A DNA stretch of 64,000 nucleotides from Octopus vulgaris (Eukaryota), in the NCBI GenBank assembly GCA_951406725.2, contig OX597827.1:9858001-9922000 (forward strand), given 5' to 3'. A model generated the notes under the pieces. The model searched no databases and was not told the origin of the DNA. It saw only the letters and a program-made list of their open reading frames with translations. Positions 56,582 through 64,000 of this stretch are shown here, piece after piece. The stretch's first letter is position 1. The number at the start of each line of letters is the position of its first letter. The position numbers and the translations under genes are program-made.

Positions 56582-56675
56582 TTGATATCATACTCCCATA
56601 CCCACAGGTAGAGTAGAATAGTTAGTGGGCTGTTATGTAGATAGATGTATGTATGAGTGTGGGTGTGTGTATATA

Positions 56676-57093
56676 CTTTTTTACTCTTTACTCTTTTACT
56701 TGTTTCAGTCATTTGACTGCGGCCATGCTGGAGCACCGCCTTTTAATCGAGCAACTCGACCCCAGGACTTATTCTTTTGTAAGCCCAGTACTTATTCTAT
56801 CGGTCTCTTTTGCCGAACTGCTAAGTAACGGGGACATAAACATACCAGCATCAGTTGTCAAGCAATGCTAGGGGAACAAACACAGACACACAAACATACA
56901 CGCACACACACACATATATATATACATATATACGACGGGCTTCTTTCAGTTTCCGTCTACCAAATCCACTCACAAGGCTTTGGTCGGCTTGAGGCTATAG
57001 TAGAAAACACTTGCCCAAGGTGCCACGCAGTGGGACTGAACTCGGAACCATGTGGTTGGTAAGCAAGCTACTTACCACACAGCCACTCCTGCG
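56676..57093 (-). mobile_element. SINE A inserted in the Penelope 3' flank
   Basis: Matches the consensus; an empty-site copy of the flank lies at 62253-62400. Confidence 0.9.
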
Positions 57094-57805
57094 TATGTGT
57101 ATATGTATATGCACATGTTTGTAGGCATATGGATATGAATGTAAACTGATAGACATACAGACGGATAGGTACATAGGTTATATGAACAGACAAGCATACA
57201 TACACACACATACACACATATACACACACATAAAAACACACAAACACAGACACGCAAACACATGAATATACAGGCAGAATACATACATTCAAACGTACAC
57301 ACATACATACAGATATACATATACATACACACATGCATGCATACATACATGCATGCATACATACGTATATACATGTGTATGCACACACACTGACCCATAC
57401 ACATGCACCAAGAACAAACAACAAGAACGCAGCTTCAATAACGGACAGAGCCAACAACTATTGAAAAGGTTGAAAGATGCAATGAAAATTTTAGAAAAGT
57501 AATTAAGTGAATGGAAATTTTACCAGTGGGTGTTTTAAATTATAAGGCACTAAAAGAGAATGACTCTCCCCAGACACAACAATATACACACCCCCACACA
57601 CACACATACACACACACACATATACACATATATATATATTTATACATACAATAATAAATAATTTGGACAAATGAATATAAGTCGATTTGTACGTTTAAAT
57701 GTTAAGTAGAGCACTGGCATAGTTTAGGCTACCAGTTGTCATCGTGGTACACTTATGTTGGATCTACTTCAGGAACTTCACAATGGCAGTTTTGGTAATA
57801 GTATT

Positions 57806-58235
57806 CTCTTTTACTCTTTTACTCTTTTGCTTGTTTCAGTCATTTTGACTGCGGCAATGCTGGAGCACCGCCTTTAGTCGAGCAAATCGACCCCGGGACT
57901 TATTCTTTGTAAGCCCAGTACTTATTCTATCGGTCTCTTTTTGCCGAACCGCTAAGTGACGGGGACGTAAACACACCAGCAATGCTAGAGGGACAAACAC
58001 AGACACACAAACATATACACACACATACATACATATATATATGTATATATATATATATATATACATATATACAACAGGCTTCTTTCAGTTTCTGTCTACC
58101 AAATCCACTCACAAGGCTTTGGTCAGCCCGGGGATATAGCAGAAGACACTTTGCCCAAGATGCCACACAGTGGGACTGAACCCGGAACCATGTGGTTGGT
58201 TAGCAAGCTACTTACAACACAGCCACTCCTGCGCC
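57806..58235 (-). mobile_element. SINE A
   Basis: Matches the family consensus. Confidence 0.9.
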
Positions 58236-58394
58236 TATTAATTAATAGGAGATAGATTTCATATTAGACTTTTATTAGGTTCAATGCATGTTCCACCCTA
58301 TCAGTCTGAGTCTCTTACATACATTGATAAAGATGTCTCACTAGAGAATTTTAGTGTTGGCTGGCTTGTTATATGCCCATCAAATTATATATGT

Positions 58395-58436
<42 letters not shown>

Positions 58437-59209
58437 ACTTTAGGTTAAATATGTTTGTGACGTATTTCAACTCCTAAAGGCAAATTCATAGCAGTTACTG
58501 TGATGAAAAATTTCTTTGTTATGGTACGAGGTGTAAAAACACAATATCTACCCAGTGTTGCCCTCTATCAGATTACCAGATGTAGCATTTCTAGCTCTAT
58601 AGCTCTTATCAATAGGAAATACTGAAGAGAAGTAACTCTGGGTAGATTTAAAGTCATAGCTTTGACTAAAACACAGTCAACAACAGTGACTGATTTGTGC
58701 TGTTGGACTGCCAGGTCACAAGAAATTCAGCAGTATCAGCACTAAGCAGTGTTTAGGCATATGCAAACTTTAGGTTAGTTAAAATATGTTTGTGACATAT
58801 TTCAACTTTGTAAGGCAAATTCACTGCAATTACCATGGAGAAAAATTCATTTAATGTACACAGAATATAGATACAAGTTACTAATAATTTCTTGCTGGGA
58901 AGACGCATCTCTAAGCAGGTTTTTCTCATGTGTGTCTCCAAGCAATCTTGAGGCACTGAGTACATACTCTGTTCTGTTGGAAAATCAGGATGCTTGCACA
59001 ATAGAAATAAATAAGAAGGCTGATGCAAAAGTGGAAGAATAGAAATAGAAAAAGAAAGAAAATTAGAGTTTTGTCCCTGTGTATAATATCCTTTAATGTA
59101 TTGTGTACATTAAATGGTATTTATCTCTCATTGAATGGAGTACTTCTTTTGTTCATCTTACCTTAACAGAACAATAAAATACATACATATATACATACAT
59201 ATATATCTA

Positions 59210-59302
<93 letters not shown>

Positions 59303-59321
59303 CTCTCTCCCTCTCTCTCTC

Positions 59322-59363
<42 letters not shown>

Positions 59364-60699
59364 TATATATATGTCTATATACATATATGTATATACATAT
59401 ATATATATACACACATATACATACATATACATACACACACATGCATACATATATATATATATACTCGCACACGTATATGTACTTAGATATGTATAAAATG
59501 ACATGGTAACATGTAGGCATGCATAAGTGTATATGCGTTGGTGTGTATGAGTGTTCATACAACCAGCCCACATATATACATACATTCTTACTTGTGTGTG
59601 TGTGCATGTGTCTGTTAAATAATTAATTTCTTCATTAGGCATGCATTATTCTGAAGATAATTTGTACCATCTATAAAAATTATTTAGTTCAATCTATTAT
59701 ATATCAAGCAGATATTTTACCCCCTGCCACTTCCCAACTATCATTAGGACTCATAGATTGTTAACGTAGTTTTCCCTGGTATATTAAACTGGGAGGTACA
59801 AACTCTGTAATCAGAGGCTCGTTAGCATGACTCAAATTAGAGTGGTTCAACTTTAATGAGGCAAGATTTAATGAGATCTTTCTTTGCAATGCCAGAAAAT
59901 ACTGTGATAGCTGAATTAGCATAGCGCCAAATTCTCTAGGCTGGGAATTCAGGTTTCAGCTATAATGGTATATATATCCTTTAGTTGTGTCACTCATTGA
60001 ACTACAGCCTTGCTGGGGTATCACCTTGAAGTGTTTGAGCCAAGTGAATCAACCCTGGTGATGCTTTTATGGAGGCAGCACTTTTAGGTTTGCTGTATAA
60101 TCCTGAATGGTGTTCTGTGGGGTGGGAGGGGAAAAAATCAAGAGCTGCACTCCAGCTATGCCCCTGCTTTAACAGCACTTACATATCCTTCTGTCTGTTC
60201 CTGTGTCACTCTTCTTGATGAAGACAACAGAGCTTAACTTTTCTAATAGTGGCTCAATTGACTTTGTTAGTTTAATGTACAACCAGATTTCTTCAAGAAT
60301 TTTGTAATATAATCTAGAATAAAAGAACTATGTCCACTGAAGACTGCTTCATCTCTCCCAGGCATGAGTATTTCTTCAGGCTATCACTTAAGCTAAGCAG
60401 CTGAGGGCATAGCTGTGAGCTTAAAAAGTTTGCTTAGCAACTACATGGCTTAAGAATGTAATACCTTCTTGGTCAAGAGTCATTTACCATAGCTTCAAGA
60501 CAAACAAAGATTTGTGAGTGAAATTTGATTGATGGAAATGACATGTAAGCCAATCAGGAGACAGTTTTTCTGTTCCCTTGTGGTAAGTAGAAAGAAAGTC
60601 TAGGGAGAGTTGAACAGCAGAATGTCTTCAGATAAGATGCTACCTCATGAGAAGTGTTTTGTCCCTTAACTCCTTACAAACTAAGGCGTCTACATCATG

Positions 60700-61110
60700 C
60701 CTCCCAGATACCCTCTCTGCTGCACATTCTGTGCTACTGTCTTCATTACGACCCTTCTGGATGGTAAAAGCACCCCAGAGCCAAAGTACATTGGGCATTG
60801 TAATCAGTTCAGTCTTAGGAAATCAGCTGACTGTATGATAACTTGTGCATTTTGAAGTTCACTTCCATTCCTCTTTCACCAAATCTGGTTGCATTCTTCT
60901 CAGCTGATTCTTTCAAATTCTCTGGTTCTCTTTCTCTCAGAAACAGCCATTTCATGAGATCATATGCAGATTTGCTCACAAACCCTTTTGCACTTTCCTC
61001 CATGGTCATTAGGTAGTTAAACTCTATCATTTAGCTCTTTTGTACCTTTAGGAGAATCTATTTTGTTGTATGTAATTGAATCAGATTTCTAGCCTGACAG
61101 GGGTAAAGGT
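60700..61110 (-). mobile_element. Possible degenerate Gypsy gag (SCAN-like) remnant
   Basis: FVSKSAYDLMKWLFLREREPENLKESAEKNATRF resembles the L..FLRER.P..L.E.A..A gag motif, but it is heavily decayed. Confidence 0.35.
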
Positions 61111-61252
61111 AACTTCCTCCAGTATGCCTACAAGTCTTGGAGGTCTTGGGAAAAGTCATGGGGGGTGCTGTTCTTACTCCTCGAAGCCAAATAAAAAACA
61201 AATTTTAAAATCATATGCTGAGCTCAAAAAGAATTGAAGATTCATCATTAGT

Positions 61253-61776
61253 CTCTTTTACTCTTTTACTTGCTTCAGTCATTTGACTGTGGCCATGCTG
61301 GAGCACCTCCTTTAGTCGAGCAACTTGACCCCCAGGACTTATTCTTTGTAAGCCTAGGACTTATTATAAAAGTCTCTTTTGCTGAAATGCTAAGTTACGG
61401 GGACGTAACACACCAGCATTGGTTGTCAAGCAATGGGGGGGGAGAGGACAAACACAGACACACAAACATATACACACACATACATACATGCTTGCATGCA
61501 TGCATGCATACATACATACATACATACGTACATACGTACATACATACATAATATATACATACATACATACATACATACATACATACATACATACATACAT
61601 ACATACATAATATATACAACAGGCTTCTTTCAGCCTCCGTCTACCAAACCCACTCACAAGGCTTTGGTCGGCCTGAAGCTATAGAAGACACTTGCCCAAG
61701 GTACCACGCAGTGGGACTGAACCCAGAACTATGTGGTTAGAAAGCAAGCTACTTACCACACAGCCACTCCTACACC
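61253..61776 (-). mobile_element. SINE A with expanded internal (TACA)n
   Basis: Same layout as the family consensus. Confidence 0.88.
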
Positions 61777-61832
61777 TGTAAGTCAGATATACTTTCTCCA
61801 TTCAATTAACTTTCAAGCTGCTTATAGATACT

Positions 61833-62580
61833 GATTTCAAATTTTGGCACCAGGCCAGTAAGTTCAGGCGTACAGGCGAGTTGATTGCTTCAACCCCAGT
61901 GCTCAACTGGTACTTAACTTATTGACCTTAAAAGGATGTAAAGCAATGTAAACCTCTGCAGAATCTGAACCCAGAATGTGCAGATGGAAGAAATGCTGCA
62001 AAGCATTTTGCCTGGCATGCTAACAATTCTTTTCTACTTCAGACACAAGGTCAAAATTTTGGGGAAAGGGGCCAGTTGATTAGATCGATGTCAGTACACA
62101 ACTGGTACTTAATTTATTGACCTCGAAAGGATGAAAGGCACAGTCGACCTCGACGGAATTTGAACTCAGAATGTAAAAGACAGATGAAATACCTATTTCT
62201 TTACTACCCACAAGGGGCTAAACACAGAGAGGACAAACAAGGACAGACCTTGGTTAGTGGGCTGTTATGTAGATAGATGTATGTATGTGTGAGTGTGGGT
62301 GTGTGTATATGTGTATATGTATATGCACATGTTTGTAGGCATATGGATATGAATGTAGACTAATAGACACACAGACAGATAGGTACATAGGTTATATGAA
62401 GGCTATAGTACATTGAGTACATTATATCGACACCAGTGTGTAACTGGTACTTAATTTATCGACCCCGAAAGGATGAAAGGCAAAGTCGACCTCGGCGGAA
62501 TTTGAACTCAGAACGTAATGGCAGACGAAATACGGGTAAGCATTTTACCCAGAGTGCTAACGTTTCTGCCAGGTCGCCGT
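61833..62580 (-). mobile_element. SINE B cluster (dimer plus monomer), interrupted by a ~170-bp insert
   Basis: Three B cores; junction gaaatacctatttcttt at ~62190; foreign sequence at 62249-62420. Confidence 0.85.
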
Positions 62581-62971
62581 CTTGAAGTTCTTTACAGATT
62601 TTAATATTTTTTTTTCACTTCAAGCACAATTTAAAAAATTTTTTTGCTGGTTTACTCAGTAAAAAATCCATTTGTTTCTCTACAGATACAGTGCTATCAA
62701 CCTGCGGGGGGTGGGATTCTCTCATTTTTAGGCAGGGCTCTGCCAGGGTTTTCATTATTATAGATAATACCATTATTTTATGGTTCTACATTTCTTCAGA
62801 GTCAAATGTTCATGAGTTATCTGTGTAATACTTCAGTATCATACAGTAACAGACTTGATAATTTAAACTCATAAATTTTGTATGTTGTGGGAGATAGGCT
62901 GTAGAGTAATAAAATTTTGAAACATGCTATACTTATTGATATTTCATTATTAGTGTTTCCCAAAAATTTAA

Positions 62972-63000
62972 ACACACACACACACACACACACATGTATG

Positions 63001-63044
<44 letters not shown>

Positions 63045-63164
63045 TGAATATATATAATTATGTGTATATATATATATATGCATGTATATATATATATGTA
63101 TATATATATATATACACACACATAAATATATATAATTATCTGTATATATATATATGCATGTATA

Positions 63165-63195
<31 letters not shown>

Positions 63196-63214
63196 TATAT
63201 ATAAATATATTATG

Positions 63215-63246
<32 letters not shown>

Positions 63247-63345
63247 TAAATATATATATATATTTATGTGTGTGTATATATATATATATATAAATATACA
63301 TACACACATGCACACACACACTCACAAGCATATATGTATATATGT
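62972..63345. repeat. (CA)/(TA) compound microsatellite
   Basis: Read directly from the sequence. Confidence 0.9.
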
Positions 63346-63631
63346 GACCATGAAAGTGTGTCTGTGTGTGTCTAATAAGCAATAATGTACAAAATGTGAT
63401 ATACAAAAAAAATAAAAACATATACAAATATAAAACAAAAATAATGGTTTTGAAATAAAATAGATACTTGATAGGAAGGATTCCTTTTGACACGGTCCTC
63501 CTCTCACCAGTTATCAGTTATTAACACAATGAGAGGAAGAAGAGACAGGTTAGGTGGGTGAGAAATAATAGAATGCAAAAAAGACATAAGCAAAAATGCA
63601 CAACAATAATCTGAAACCCAAACATATAAAC

Positions 63632-63663
<32 letters not shown>

Positions 63664-63926
63664 GATATACATGTAGAGATGTAGACACACACATACACAT
63701 ATAATAATAACCCAGAAGGAGGAATCACTATGGATAATAAAAGCATCTGAACACAATAAATCAATCAACATGCTGTATAAACATAAGTACATAAACAATC
63801 ATACATGTATGTGTGTGTGTGTGTGTATCTCTATGTGTGTGTGTGTGTTTGTGTGTATACATACATACATATAATATAAATAACATATATATACATATAT
63901 GTAAATATATACATATATATATAAAT

Positions 63927-63975
<49 letters not shown>

Positions 63976-64000
63976 TATATATACACATATATATATAAAT

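Overview
AT-rich eukaryotic non-coding DNA, very dense in microsatellites and retroposons. The repeat content fits a cephalopod (Octopus-like) intronic or intergenic region; this is an inference, not a database result. I can support no intact host gene: nearly all listed ORFs are translations of (TA)n, (CA)n, (TACA)n or trinucleotide repeats, or of SINEs. Recognisable parts are: more than 20 copies of a tRNA-headed SINE (my label A); about 18 copies of a second SINE (B), often dimeric; smaller SINE families (E/F/G) that swap heads and tails; RTE LINE 3' ends whose UTR holds hairpin minisatellites; CR1-group and R4/Dong-like LINE ends; a Penelope-like GIY-YIG remnant; a deleted DD37D (maT) transposon; a hAT MITE with a perfect 8-bp TSD; and a local duplication. 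The most interesting signals are (1) short TA-embedded elements with a minimal hammerhead-ribozyme-like motif showing compensatory pairing, (2) a LINE fragment sharing a covarying 3' hairpin with SINE A, probably its mobilising partner, and (3) filled/empty site pairs that give insertion order. Coordinates were counted by eye, so repeat boundaries may be off by a few bases.
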